Origin: Candidatus Latescibacterota bacterium
GTDB taxonomy: Bacteria; Latescibacterota; UBA2968; UBA8231
Reading direction: 5' to 3'
DNA: 64,000 bases
Assembly (NCBI GenBank): GCA_036343635.1
Contig: JAYYVF010000055.1
Coordinates: 1-64,000, forward strand
Shown: one piece after another, positions 8,720 through 18,905 of the stretch
Numbering within the stretch: position 1 is the first letter of the stretch
Layout of the letters: each line of letters starts with the position of its first letter
Notes under the pieces: model-generated
The model's database searches: none
What the model saw: only the letters and a program-made list of their open reading frames with translations
What the model was told of the DNA's origin: nothing
Program-made: the position numbers and the translations under genes

Positions 8720-10951
8720 TTATCTTGATCTACGAACTCTTGATTTTCTGTTTGATTTTTTTGCGAGCTTCGATTTACCTTTTTCAACTCCATTAGATCT
8801 ACGTTTTTCAGTTATAAAATCCAATTCCATTTCAAGCGAATCATAATCCACTGCGACAACCAACACTTTAACTCGTGAACCCAGCTGTATAATACGCCTA
8901 GTTCTACGTCCTACCAGACGAAATCTATCACGATCAAATTCAAATCTTTCGTTCATTGAATCTAATCTACAAAACCCATCTACTAACACGTTTTCAATTT
9001 CAACAAAAAATCCGATCTTAAGAACCCCAGATACCGTACCATAAAAGCTTTCGCCGATATGGCTGCCCATAAAGCGTAAACCTTTAATTCTTGAAAAGGC
9101 TCGACTGGCAGCTTCGGCATGCCGCTCGCGACCTGATAGGTACCGTCCCAATTCATTTAAATTTTCGCTTTCTTCCTCAACTGGAATTTTTGGTTCCGCC
9201 TTATTGATTTTCTTTTTCACTGCACGATGAACTATTAAATCTGGGAAACGCCTAATTGGTGAAGTGAAATGCAAGTAACGATTCTGAGACAAACCAAAAT
9301 GGCCAACATCATTTGGCGTATATTCAGCACGAGATAAAGACCTAAGGACCATTTTTGAAACCAGCCCACCATTCCCGGTATTTTTAGTTTTCCGTATTAA
9401 TTGCTGAAGATCTTTGAGGCTTATTTCCTGTTTTGCTGAAACATTATTTAAACCAACAAGAGAGTATATCCGTTTTATATTTTCAATTTTTGATTCCGAT
9501 GGTGGAGCATGAACACGATAAAGAACAGGTAGATTGTTTTTAGAGCAAAATCGCCCAATACATTCGTTTGCCAACAACATACATTCCTCTACTATACCGT
9601 TACTAGCTAAGATTTGATGCTGACCAATCTCTATAGGTAGACCCGCATCATCCAATACTATTCTACATTCCGGAACTTCAAGATCTAAAGCACCCCGGTC
9701 TTGGCGAACTTTCTTTCTTATACGGCCTAATTCAGACAACATATTTATTTGTTGCTTGAAATCCCATGCCATCGATGTATCGATAGTATTTTTTTCTATG
9801 ACAGACTGTACATTACCATAGGTTAGCCGACCGGAACTACGTATTACTGACTCCTCAATCGAATACCCACTTATTTCACCATCCAGATTAACATCAATTC
9901 GCACACTTACGGCCAACCGATCACAGTCTGGTACTAAGCTACAGTGAGCTGAAGCAAGATTTTCTGGCAACATATGAACGACTTGGTCTATTAGATAAAC
10001 ACTCGTTCCTCGTTCAAAGACTTCCTGATCTAGCTTAGAGCCTTCAGGGACAAAAAAGCTAACATCGGCAATATGAACCCAAAGCCTAAATACGTTATCT
10101 CCCACCATCTCAATATAAAGAGCATCATCGAAATCGTTGGCATTATCCGGATCAATCGTGAAACACTTTTGATCTCGGTAATCAACTCTCCGAAGAATCT
10201 CCGCCTCCAACTTTTTTAAACGGGATTCACAATCTGCAAAAACTTCACTGGAAAAGGAATTAGGCAAATCATATTGCCTGATTATTCGTTCAAAATCATT
10301 TCGAGGGTCTTCTGGATTACCAATTATCTTTGTGACGACTCCCTTCAAACCTAAATAACCAGGACTACGATCCGTAATTTCCACTTCTACTCTATGACCA
10401 TCTTCAAACAACTGTCCATCAACTGGGGATACTAAAATATCCCTACCTATATTCGTGCCCTCTACTTGAACGGTCCAAGTACCACGCCGACAGTGGAGCA
10501 GACCGACAAACTTTTTGTCCGCTATTTTAATTACCTGAACTACACTTCCTTTAGGAAGCCCGTCGCGCGAAAAGCCACCAATTTTCGCTATACGGACGAA
10601 ATCTCCGTCTAAAGCCTCAGATATTTCATCTGAGGGAATGAAAAAATCACTATCACCTCCTTGTATCGATACGAAGCCAAATCCCCCTCTACTAATTCTC
10701 AGGACACCGGAATGGCCATTTTCATCCTGTTTAACGAAGTAATATTTACCAGAACGTCCCAACAAACCGCGTTCGACCAAGCTCTTAACATGCCTACGAA
10801 ACAACCTAAGTTCCGAAGATGGCACCTCAAGACCAAAAGCCAGATCTTTAATTTTCGATGAACTTATTTTATTTTTATCGAAATAACCTATTATTTCTTC
10901 ATCATTTGGAAACATAATCTGCTTTTTTTCACTTAACAAAAACAGCCTCAC
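8720..10951 (-). CDS. rnr: Ribonuclease R
   Basis: 743 aa with cold-shock/OB domains (GGFGFV), an RNB catalytic domain (CFTIDPDNANDFDDALYIE), a C-terminal S1 domain and a basic tail. Confidence 0.9.
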   Translation of the reverse strand: MRLFLLSEKKQIMFPNDEEIIGYFDKNKISSSKIKDLAFGLEVPSSELRLFRRHVKSLVERGLLGRSGKYYFVKQDENGHSGVLRISRGGFGFVSIQGGDSDFFIPSDEISEALDGDFVRIAKIGGFSRDGLPKGSVVQVIKIADKKFVGLLHCRRGTWTVQVEGTNIGRDILVSPVDGQLFEDGHRVEVEITDRSPGYLGLKGVVTKIIGNPEDPRNDFERIIRQYDLPNSFSSEVFADCESRLKKLEAEILRRVDYRDQKCFTIDPDNANDFDDALYIEMVGDNVFRLWVHIADVSFFVPEGSKLDQEVFERGTSVYLIDQVVHMLPENLASAHCSLVPDCDRLAVSVRIDVNLDGEISGYSIEESVIRSSGRLTYGNVQSVIEKNTIDTSMAWDFKQQINMLSELGRIRKKVRQDRGALDLEVPECRIVLDDAGLPIEIGQHQILASNGIVEECMLLANECIGRFCSKNNLPVLYRVHAPPSESKIENIKRIYSLVGLNNVSAKQEISLKDLQQLIRKTKNTGNGGLVSKMVLRSLSRAEYTPNDVGHFGLSQNRYLHFTSPIRRFPDLIVHRAVKKKINKAEPKIPVEEESENLNELGRYLSGRERHAEAASRAFSRIKGLRFMGSHIGESFYGTVSGVLKIGFFVEIENVLVDGFCRLDSMNERFEFDRDRFRLVGRRTRRIIQLGSRVKVLVVAVDYDSLEMELDFITEKRRSNGVEKGKSKLAKKSNRKSRVRRSR

Positions 10952-10999
10952 CCATACGGGAGAGGCTGTAGGAGATTAACTTGCACTGATTCTATCCAT

Positions 11000-11473
11000 T
11001 CATTCAGAAGAAAAATCCCATTGAAGCGTGAAAGCATCAGTGCGTCCCGAATCGATCCATAATTTTTCTAAATTGCCATGAATAACTGTCATTTTATCTT
11101 TAATCATTCGAATGGCACTCTGGGCATTAGGGACAAACGTTGGGAAATCTGGCTCAACCAGCTTCCGCATGGCGCCTTTAAGTGTACGCGCCAGTTCATT
11201 ATGCAACGCTTTCACCTTCTTGTTTTTAATCTCTGGGTATTGCTTTAAAGCAGTATGAAACTCTTGTATAACCACTTCGACGTCAGATGCCTTTTCCCAC
11301 ATACCTTCAGTACTCAGATATTCCTGGTACTGAATTAATTTCTGTACGTATACACTATCATACTCCTTCAATTTTATTACATACGGGCCCATCTCATCTT
11401 TTTTTTCTCCACCACATCCAACAAATACTAGTACGGTGAAAAGCAGAGTTAAATTTTTCATATTCCCTCCCAA
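11000..11473 (-). CDS. Hypothetical lipoprotein
   Basis: 157 aa with a signal peptide and lipobox-like VFVGCGG. No recognisable catalytic motif. Confidence 0.5.
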   Translation of the reverse strand: MGGNMKNLTLLFTVLVFVGCGGEKKDEMGPYVIKLKEYDSVYVQKLIQYQEYLSTEGMWEKASDVEVVIQEFHTALKQYPEIKNKKVKALHNELARTLKGAMRKLVEPDFPTFVPNAQSAIRMIKDKMTVIHGNLEKLWIDSGRTDAFTLQWDFSSE

Positions 11474-11546
11474 GGAAAGTGACTTGGATCTCGCGCAAAC
11501 TAACGAAGTCCCGCCGGCAAAGTCAAGCTGAATGACCAGTCAACAA

Positions 11547-12419
11547 TTAATCTGTTCCCCACCAGCCAAAACGCAATAATGTAGCATTTAACTCACCACC
11601 CAAAAGTAAAACGCAAGCAATCAAGTAGGCCGAAAGCAAAATAGCTATAGCACCACCTAAAGCGCCCGAAACAAGATTATAATAGCTAAAATTAAGCAAA
11701 TAAAATCTAACTGATAAGGCTATTATTGACCAAACAATGAGGAAGAAAACACCACCCGGTAAAAGGTGTTTCCAGGCCATTTGTTCCGCCGGAACATATC
11801 GATATATTACCAGAACTGCAAATAAGACACCAAACATTCCACCTAAACGTCTCATCCAAACAACCAACGAAGGCATTAACTGTGTCGCTGGGATTGCAGA
11901 ACGGATCCAGTTTTCAAACTGTTCTGCAAATACAATAGCATTAAATAATGCAACAAGAAACAGGCCTAGGAAGATAATTATTAAAACTGAAAATATACGT
12001 CTTTGCCAGAAGGATCGCTTTTCTTTCGCTCCTACAGCCCGATTAAGTGCAGACATAGTGGTCGACATACTTGCAGAAGCCGGCACAAGTACACCAACGA
12101 CACCTAAAACAAGCAACTTTTCGGACGAACTTACCAGATGCCTAAGGTTGTCTTCAAGAACCTGCATTAGAGGATTTGGAAGTACGATACCCCAATCTTC
12201 AATCAAAAGAGCAAACTCATCCGGAGATAATCCGAAGGCTTCAATAAAAGCAGCTAACACCAAGACGGCTGGGAACAGAGCAAAAACAAAATCGAAGGCC
12301 ATTGCCGCGGCAGAATCCGTGAATCCGTTCTTGTGGGCACGAAATATCGTCTGGCGAATAGCATCAGGCAAGATTATCATCTTTTGCAACAAAAAACTAT
12401 CCTTAACCTTAATGGCCAA
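11547..12419 (-). CDS. YihY/BrkB (virulence factor BrkB) family membrane protein
   Basis: 290 aa polytopic membrane protein with a YihY-like N-terminus (IRQTIFRAHKNGFTDSAAAMAFDFVFALFPAV). Confidence 0.8.
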   Translation of the reverse strand: MAIKVKDSFLLQKMIILPDAIRQTIFRAHKNGFTDSAAAMAFDFVFALFPAVLVLAAFIEAFGLSPDEFALLIEDWGIVLPNPLMQVLEDNLRHLVSSSEKLLVLGVVGVLVPASASMSTTMSALNRAVGAKEKRSFWQRRIFSVLIIIFLGLFLVALFNAIVFAEQFENWIRSAIPATQLMPSLVVWMRRLGGMFGVLFAVLVIYRYVPAEQMAWKHLLPGGVFFLIVWSIIALSVRFYLLNFSYYNLVSGALGGAIAILLSAYLIACVLLLGGELNATLLRFGWWGTD

Positions 12420-13188
12420 TGAGCCCGATCACCTCTTCAAAAATATGACCGTTGGTCGAAAACGCATCTTTACCGTCAACGGTGGCTTTCCCATTCCAAT
12501 CAGTAAATGTGCCTTGAGCTTCTTCCATTATTGGCAGTAATGGCCCACAATCCCACGGATTCATAACAGGATCAAAACTAGCTTCTGCTCGTCCAGTCGC
12601 CACTAGTATATGTCCGTAACAATCTCCCCATCCACGAACCAACCTAGATGCCTTTGACAATTTTTCCCACTCGTCTTTTCGTGAATTTTGTGCAAAACTA
12701 AGTGACGAAGTAAAACAAATACACGAATCTTCAAGTTTGCTAACATCTGAAACTCGTGCACGACGTCCATCCCACCAACAGCCATGTCCACGACCAGCCC
12801 AAATCATTTCGTCTAACGCAGGCATATAAACACAACCTAAATCCACCCCATCTGGCCCTTGGCGAGCTAATAGGACACCAAATAATGGTACCCCTTGAAC
12901 AAACGATTTTGTTCCATCGATAGGATCTATCAACCAGGTATATCCTGAATTACTCTCTTTATTTCCGAATTCCTCACCAATTAAACCATCATCTGGGAAA
13001 GAATTCAAAATGAGCTTTCTAATGAGTTCTTCGGCTTCACGATCTGCAATAGTTACCGGAGAATTATCAGTTTTCCAATCTGGCGAAACGCCGGTACCAA
13101 AATATCGCATTATTATCTTGCCAGCTTGCCAAGCAACATCAATGGAAAATTCCATTCCTATCTTTATCGACGTTTCCATCTTATCCAA
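12409..13188 (-). CDS. Inositol monophosphatase family protein
   Basis: IMPase motifs are present: TIADREAEELI, WLIDPIDGT, and a later DxxxG region. Confidence 0.8.
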   Translation of the reverse strand: MDKMETSIKIGMEFSIDVAWQAGKIIMRYFGTGVSPDWKTDNSPVTIADREAEELIRKLILNSFPDDGLIGEEFGNKESNSGYTWLIDPIDGTKSFVQGVPLFGVLLARQGPDGVDLGCVYMPALDEMIWAGRGHGCWWDGRRARVSDVSKLEDSCICFTSSLSFAQNSRKDEWEKLSKASRLVRGWGDCYGHILVATGRAEASFDPVMNPWDCGPLLPIMEEAQGTFTDWNGKATVDGKDAFSTNGHIFEEVIGLIGH

Positions 13189-14017
13189 AAATCTTTGTTC
13201 TTAGCGAGTGAAGTAACTCCAATGCCGCAGCAATATCACCTTTTTGATCCGGCGAATATTCACGTTCTATTGTCAATGGCCCCCGATACCCTAACGAATA
13301 CAATTTAGATAAAAAGGCCTCTATATCAACATCTCCCTCACCAAGCGGAGCATCCTCATACCACGGCTGACCTACTTGACGCTCATACTTGGCATCCTTG
13401 CAATGCACACTACGAACAAAAGGTGCGACTGTTTCAAGAGCTTCTAAAGGATCTCCGGATCCATACAGTATCATGTTTGCCGGATCAAAATTGACTGCTA
13501 AGTTAACCCTATCCACCGCTTCAATAAATTGCATCAAACCTTTAGCCGTTTCCTGTCCAGTTTCCAAATGGAAAAACTGATCGTTTCCGGCACAATGATC
13601 GCAGACTATACGTGTAGTTTCAACAATTTCAGCAAAGGCTAAATCCGTATGATCTTCAGGAACGAAACCCAAGTGCATACCAATTGCATCAACACCAAGA
13701 GCCTTAGCGAAATTTGCCACATCAAGAGTTTCGCTTAGTCGTTTGCTACGATCAGTGCTTGGAACCAGCCCAACAGTTTCTTTTACTTTTTCGACGGTGG
13801 AATAATCGTCTTCAGGGAAACCTACAAATACCACAGAAATCTCGATATTTGCATCCGAAAACATTTTTGAGATTTCTCTTACACCATTCGGTGTCCGACT
13901 ATACCCTGATGGCGCATGTAATTGAACGGATTCTACACCAAGATTACGGACAGCATCCAAACTAGCGCCCAGCCCCTCGTCAATTGATGTAAAAATACCT
14001 GTAGCCCACATCACCAT
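13181..14017 (-). CDS. Sugar phosphate isomerase/epimerase (xylose isomerase-like TIM barrel)
   Basis: 278 aa AP-endonuclease-2/xylose-isomerase-like TIM-barrel pattern (VESVQLH...GMHLGFVPED...). Confidence 0.75.
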   Translation of the reverse strand: MVMWATGIFTSIDEGLGASLDAVRNLGVESVQLHAPSGYSRTPNGVREISKMFSDANIEISVVFVGFPEDDYSTVEKVKETVGLVPSTDRSKRLSETLDVANFAKALGVDAIGMHLGFVPEDHTDLAFAEIVETTRIVCDHCAGNDQFFHLETGQETAKGLMQFIEAVDRVNLAVNFDPANMILYGSGDPLEALETVAPFVRSVHCKDAKYERQVGQPWYEDAPLGEGDVDIEAFLSKLYSLGYRGPLTIEREYSPDQKGDIAAALELLHSLRTKIFG

Positions 14018-14029
14018 GAAATATTCCTT

Positions 14030-15817
14030 TCAGAAATTTTGTGAACTGTGAATATTCACCGTGTTTCCGCCTTCATCGCGGGCACGAAAAATCGAACTCA
14101 TCACAGCCTCAAATACCTTTTCAGCCGCTGCGTCAACAGAATCAGATACAACTTTCTCGATTGTAACCACGCCTATACTAGACTGCAAAGACATCTCACC
14201 CTTACCGACCTTAACACTACCACTACTAAACCTCCGCCGAAACTCAGCACTTCGAGGCCGGGCGACATTAAGGGATGCCGAAGACCAGATTGCAAAAATT
14301 GCACCATCCAGACGAAATAGCTCCTCATCTTCAATCAGTAATTTATTCAAGTAATTCCCAGCTGATAATAGCGCCTGGTCCCCAGCAGCCCAACCATAAC
14401 GCACATTCATAGGTGCAATCTGTTGGAACAAAATACCATAGCAAGTAAATACACGGTCCGACACAGGGGACTTCAAAGCCTTTGGTATAGTAAGGCGTAA
14501 CAGGGAATTTTTGTTTGGTAGAGAGGTTAAACGATCTCGGCCTGCTACATGGCGCCAACGCTTTAAACTGTCTTCCAACTCCTTCACATGACCATTTAAC
14601 TCTATCATTTTTTCTTCGAAAACAGCAAGCTTTTTCTTAGCATCGTCTAATGTCAATTCAGGCGCAACAGTTTTCTGAACTGAATCATTTTCTAAAGCAA
14701 TTTCTTTTGTTTCATTCCCGGCGTTAGATGTAACGGTGGACGTCCCTGTATTTTTGTCGGATTGACTTTTAGTTTGTGGGACATCTTTTTCTTTTTCCTC
14801 CAAAGGTGGAGTAGGTCTTTCAACAGCAGGCTTAGATCGACCTTTGCTTCCAGCTTCAATATCCTTGTTTAGTTGGCGCAATTCGCGGCCGCGTTCGCCT
14901 GCCACATCAAGTAATTGTCTTGCCCGATTAACACTACCTCCGGCAACACTCTTGTCAGAAATTATCCCCAAACACTTTTGAATTACAGCACTATAAAAGG
15001 ACGATGACACCTTGAAGTCCTCTGGCGCATAGCTCAATTCATATATTCTGAAGGATATTTCGGCTAATAGGTTTGTAAGTCTGAGTTCATCCTCGAGGCT
15101 TGCTTCCCTAAGCATTTCAAAATTACGCTCAAAGAAACTCTGAGCATATCTCAGTGCTTCTCCTTCACTAAGCACTAAAGCAGGCTGAATAGGATAATCA
15201 TTATCTTGAGGAATCTCTGACTCAAAACGTTTAATAATTTTCCGAAAACTTCCTGAGACATGCTTTAAAGAGCTTTTAGGGTAATACTTTTTAATATCGC
15301 GGAAAACCCAACCAATCCGCAGATAATATCTTGCAATATTGCCAGATACAAACTTTTGTAGTTGAAGATGACTAAAAATGCCAAGATAAAATTTAGCAAT
15401 TAAAGGAACAACAGGATCCTGATCGCCAAGACGCAAACTCAAAGAATGTGTCACTGCACCTGGATTGGTAGCATTCGATTTCAAATTCTCAATAGCATTC
15501 GAACGAAGTTGACTCCTATATGAGGCCAAATTCCGCTCAGCCTGACGGAATTCCGCACTTTCAAGCTCACCCGCATAAAAACACTTGCCACAAAAACCCC
15601 AGAAAAATTCAAGCGGATTAACTTGATCAAATCCAGAAGTACCCCACTTATTTTCTATAGGGTGTCCATCTCCTTCTGTAACAACGGGACGAACCATATC
15701 GCGTTTCAGCCGATTATGCGTATTTTCCGTTTCACAAATCGGACATAGCAACGTGTACTTCCGACATATTTGGTCAATTTGTTCATCGTTCAACATTTTA
15801 CCTACAATTACCTCCAA
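14030..15817 (-). CDS. Zn-ribbon (DUF2225-like) / coiled-coil protein with C-terminal degenerate GGDEF domain
   Basis: 595 aa. N-terminal Zn-ribbon CPICETE...CGKCFYAGE. Central coiled-coil and low-complexity linker. The C-terminus aligns to GGDEF: DRLTSLPNKNSLL, RYGWAAGDQALL, degenerate active site RLDGAIF in place of RYGGEEF, and SIFRARDEGGNTVNI in place of ALYxAKxxGRNRV. Confidence 0.6.
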   Translation of the reverse strand: MEVIVGKMLNDEQIDQICRKYTLLCPICETENTHNRLKRDMVRPVVTEGDGHPIENKWGTSGFDQVNPLEFFWGFCGKCFYAGELESAEFRQAERNLASYRSQLRSNAIENLKSNATNPGAVTHSLSLRLGDQDPVVPLIAKFYLGIFSHLQLQKFVSGNIARYYLRIGWVFRDIKKYYPKSSLKHVSGSFRKIIKRFESEIPQDNDYPIQPALVLSEGEALRYAQSFFERNFEMLREASLEDELRLTNLLAEISFRIYELSYAPEDFKVSSSFYSAVIQKCLGIISDKSVAGGSVNRARQLLDVAGERGRELRQLNKDIEAGSKGRSKPAVERPTPPLEEKEKDVPQTKSQSDKNTGTSTVTSNAGNETKEIALENDSVQKTVAPELTLDDAKKKLAVFEEKMIELNGHVKELEDSLKRWRHVAGRDRLTSLPNKNSLLRLTIPKALKSPVSDRVFTCYGILFQQIAPMNVRYGWAAGDQALLSAGNYLNKLLIEDEELFRLDGAIFAIWSSASLNVARPRSAEFRRRFSSGSVKVGKGEMSLQSSIGVVTIEKVVSDSVDAAAEKVFEAVMSSIFRARDEGGNTVNIHSSQNF

Positions 15818-16040
15818 AAATACTAAGCGTGAAATACAAGATGCTCAAAATTACTTTCATTTAGGATAAAAACGGATTCGCAAAAAACAAAAGGTGTCAT
15901 CGCTATAGGTCTTTAGAAACCTTAAGAATAGGAAATAAGCTTCGAAAACCCAACTATCAAAATGATACGGAAAGGTGCCCGTTTTCTAAGAAACACTGGA
16001 TTTGCGTGTAAGCAGTCTTTATTTGAGAATCATAAAAAAT

Positions 16041-16072
16041 AAAGCGGGAGAAAAAACATCTCTCCCGCTTTA
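16041..16072 (-). terminator. Rho-independent terminator (bidirectional hairpin) after the sigma-factor operon
   Basis: Stem AGCGGGAGA / TCTCCCGCT with a 9-nt loop. T/A-rich tracts on both sides. Confidence 0.6.
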
Positions 16073-16078
16073 TTTACG

Positions 16079-16237
16079 TTAAATAACTGCGCCGTCCGAC
16101 TCCACCTCCGGCAGTTTTTCGCTACGTTGCAGATCGTCTAAAACAGATCTGACTTTTTTCCCAAAGTCTTTGAGTCTCTCATCAACCTCGTCTATGGATC
16201 GCAACAACTTATCTTCAGCTAATGACTCTTTCGACAT
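16079..16237 (-). CDS. Small hypothetical protein (~52 aa) downstream of the sigma factor
   Basis: Start chosen at the internal ATG (MSKESLAEDK...) preceded by a strong RBS GGGAGGA. The charged helical peptide lies between the sigma gene and the terminator. Confidence 0.4.
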   Translation of the reverse strand: MSKESLAEDKLLRSIDEVDERLKDFGKKVRSVLDDLQRSEKLPEVESDGAVI

Positions 16238-16303
16238 CAAAATCCTCCCAAAATATGGTTTCAAAGGGGAGGAACCCAAGGGAGGGGGTCAATAGCGAAT
16301 ATA

Positions 16304-17218
16304 TTAAACCTTACTGTAAGCGCGCAACCTCTCGCTCCGGCTAGGATGTCTTAAACGGAGCAGTGCCTTTTCCTTTATTTGTCTTACGCGCTCACGAGTT
16401 AGACAAAAACGAGATCCAATCTGATCTAATGTCATTGGCTCTTCACCATTCAAACCGAAGTAGAGACGAATAATTTCAGCCTCTCTATTAACCAGTCCAC
16501 TCAAGGCATCTTCAATTTGGCCGCGCATACAATCACGTATCACATCCATCTCTGGTGATTCTTGACTATCATCCGGCAAAACATCTAACAAGTTTTGCTC
16601 TTCTTCCTCCTGGAAAGCGGCATCCAGTGACCGAACAGACCTACCAGAAAGCAATGTTTCTTTAACCTCGTCTACAGATACTTCTAACTGCTGTGCAATC
16701 TCTTCGGGTTCGGGCTCATCTGCTCGTTCCTGTCGAATTGCGCGTGAAGCCTTTGAAATCTTGTATAAAAGACCAACTTTATTGAGGGGAAGCCTTACCG
16801 TCCGAGATTGTTCAGCCAATGCTTGGAGAATACCCTGCCGAATCCACCAAACAGCGTAGGAAATGAATTTAAAACCTTTGTTTTCATCGAATCTCTCCGC
16901 CGCTGTGATTAGTCCCATATTTCCAGCACTGACTAGATCAGCTAATGGAACTCCTCTATTCTGATATTCTTTAGCCACACTCACCACGAAACGCAGATTG
17001 GCCTCAACTAAATCATTTCGCGCCTCCTCATCTCCCTCTTTGATCCGACGAGCCAATTCGATTTCATCGGACGCAGATAGCGGCGTAGAGCTGGCTATTT
17101 CAGAAAGGTAACTACCGAGAGCGTCTTCCATGTCCCAAAGTTGGGCTTTGGCGGTTTCCGTCATGGATTCATCCTCTTGGTTAAGGGATAGGGAGAGCCT
17201 ACTTAAAAGGTTATCCAA
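16304..17218 (-). CDS. RNA polymerase sigma factor, sigma-70 (RpoD/RpoS-like) family
   Basis: 304 aa. Region 2 YAVWWIRQGI, region 3, and the region 4 HTH LDQIGSRFCLTRERVRQIKEKAL. Confidence 0.85.
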   Translation of the reverse strand: MDNLLSRLSLSLNQEDESMTETAKAQLWDMEDALGSYLSEIASSTPLSASDEIELARRIKEGDEEARNDLVEANLRFVVSVAKEYQNRGVPLADLVSAGNMGLITAAERFDENKGFKFISYAVWWIRQGILQALAEQSRTVRLPLNKVGLLYKISKASRAIRQERADEPEPEEIAQQLEVSVDEVKETLLSGRSVRSLDAAFQEEEEQNLLDVLPDDSQESPEMDVIRDCMRGQIEDALSGLVNREAEIIRLYFGLNGEEPMTLDQIGSRFCLTRERVRQIKEKALLRLRHPSRSERLRAYSKV

Positions 17219-17303
17219 GTAGACAGGACTCGAGGATATCCGCTATTATAATTTACAACTTAGATAGTGTCAAGCTTTTTAACTCCGATGAATTTCTATA
17301 AAT

Positions 17304-18020
17304 TTAACCATTAAGAAAATGAGTTTGTAACTCCAACAACTGCTCGATACCGTGGGTAGCCAAATCCAACATCTCGTTTGATTCATTACGAGAGAAAGAT
17401 CGATCCTCTGCAGTACCCTGTATTTCGACAAATCCGCGAGAACCATTCATAACTACATTCATATCTGTGGCAGCTCGAACGTCTTCCTCGTAGCAGAGGT
17501 CGAGTATAACCTCGTCATCTACAACTCCTGCACTCACAGCCGCAACCGATTGCATTAGTGGATCTTCCGCTAATATTCCATCATCAATCAATTTCCCAAC
17601 CGCAACTTTGAGAGCTACGAAGGCTCCAGTAATAGCAGCAGTACGAGTACCTCCATCGGCCTGCAAAACGTCGCAATCTAAGTAGATTGTCCGCTCTCCA
17701 ATCTTATCCAAATTTACGGCCGTCCTAATGGATCGACCTATTAGACGCTGAATTTCTCTTGACCTACTATTTACTTTGCCAGTAGCTCCTTCCCGTGCGA
17801 CACGTCTATTGGAAGATCCAGGTAACATAGAATATTCAGCTGTCAACCACCCCGTGTTCTTTCCAATAAGAAAGGGGGGAACACGATCTTCTATTGACAC
17901 AGTACAGAGGACTCTCGTTCGTCCCATTTCCATAAGTACTGACCCAAGACTCGTATCGGAAAAACCAATCTGCATGTTTACTGACCGAAGTTGATTGACT
18001 GCTCGACCATCAGATCTCAT
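17304..18020 (-). CDS. rph: Ribonuclease PH
   Basis: 238 aa. RNase PH motifs TRVLCTVSIED and DCDVLQADGGTRTAAITGAFVAL. Confidence 0.9.
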   Translation of the reverse strand: MRSDGRAVNQLRSVNMQIGFSDTSLGSVLMEMGRTRVLCTVSIEDRVPPFLIGKNTGWLTAEYSMLPGSSNRRVAREGATGKVNSRSREIQRLIGRSIRTAVNLDKIGERTIYLDCDVLQADGGTRTAAITGAFVALKVAVGKLIDDGILAEDPLMQSVAAVSAGVVDDEVILDLCYEEDVRAATDMNVVMNGSRGFVEIQGTAEDRSFSRNESNEMLDLATHGIEQLLELQTHFLNG

Positions 18021-18071
18021 AACAAAAGACTCCCAGAAAAAATTAATTGAATTTTCGATCGCATGTTTGAA

Positions 18072-18905
18072 TCATCCATAAGATCGAAAATCAACACCCT
18101 CCATCGGAACTAAATAACACATCTCCAATAATCTTGAATAAATTCGTCCACCAGATAGGCTTTTTATATCGTCAAGATCTTGGTTGGTTGTGATAATAGT
18201 AAACCGCTTATCGGAATACCTCGCATCAACAAGTTCGTACAACATCTCCATTTCCCAATCAGTGCCGCGCTGAATTCCAAAATCGTCCAACACCAAAAAC
18301 GGGACATTGCATAGCTCGTCTATAATATCCCATGATCTACCATAATTTGCACTTTCCTCTGAATACGTGTCACGTAATTTTTGAAAATATTTCCTTGACA
18401 AATTTAAAAATCTTCCGGGTCTTCCCCATCGTAGTATGAGCTCATTAAGCATAATTGATCCAAGAAGAGTTTTTCCCGTGCCAGGATTACCATGCATAAG
18501 AAAACCCTTCGTGGGCTCACTCATCACTTCGCTATCTGTAATCGTGAAAACCATACGGCGCACCTCTTCTGCAAAAGGAACTGGCGCGCCATCTGGCGTT
18601 GATTCCTGGAAAGAATCTAAAAATTTCCACTTATACCGTTCGGGCACCTCCGACGACTTAAACAAACGATTTGTACCGGTTAACCGACGACGGTACGGCC
18701 GACATTTGCACCATCCATGACGTGCGTCCTCGTCCCAGAATTGGTAAGGTGGGGCGCCGTGACAAACACATTGTTTCTCAACACAGCTACATATCTTGAG
18801 ATTCCCGTGACGTCCAACAGTAACCTCAGCCTCGTAATAAATACCAAGCCCCGAGCATTTCCTACAATCAAGAGATTCTGTAAATTGCCAGGTTAGCACA
18901 CTCAT
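18072..18905 (-). CDS. DnaC/IstB-like AAA+ ATPase with Cys-rich N-terminal region
   Basis: 277 aa. Walker [10 protein letters not shown], Walker B FLVLDDFG and sensor TIITTN. N-terminal CxxC...CxC...CxC cluster. Stop overlaps the smpB start region. Confidence 0.6.
   Translation of the reverse strand: MSVLTWQFTESLDCRKCSGLGIYYEAEVTVGRHGNLKICSCVEKQCVCHGAPPYQFWDEDARHGWCKCRPYRRRLTGTNRLFKSSEVPERYKWKFLDSFQESTPDGAPVPFAEEVRRMVFTITDSEVMSEPTKGFLMHGNPGTGKTLLGSIMLNELILRWGRPGRFLNLSRKYFQKLRDTYSEESANYGRSWDIIDELCNVPFLVLDDFGIQRGTDWEMEMLYELVDARYSDKRFTIITTNQDLDDIKSLSGGRIYSRLLEMCYLVPMEGVDFRSYG

Noticed and set aside
11737-12540. 267-aa ORF on the plus strand
   Set aside because: It lies entirely antisense to the YihY/BrkB membrane-protein gene and the IMPase gene. 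Its composition (Pro/Arg/Thr-rich, no motifs) is typical of a shadow ORF.
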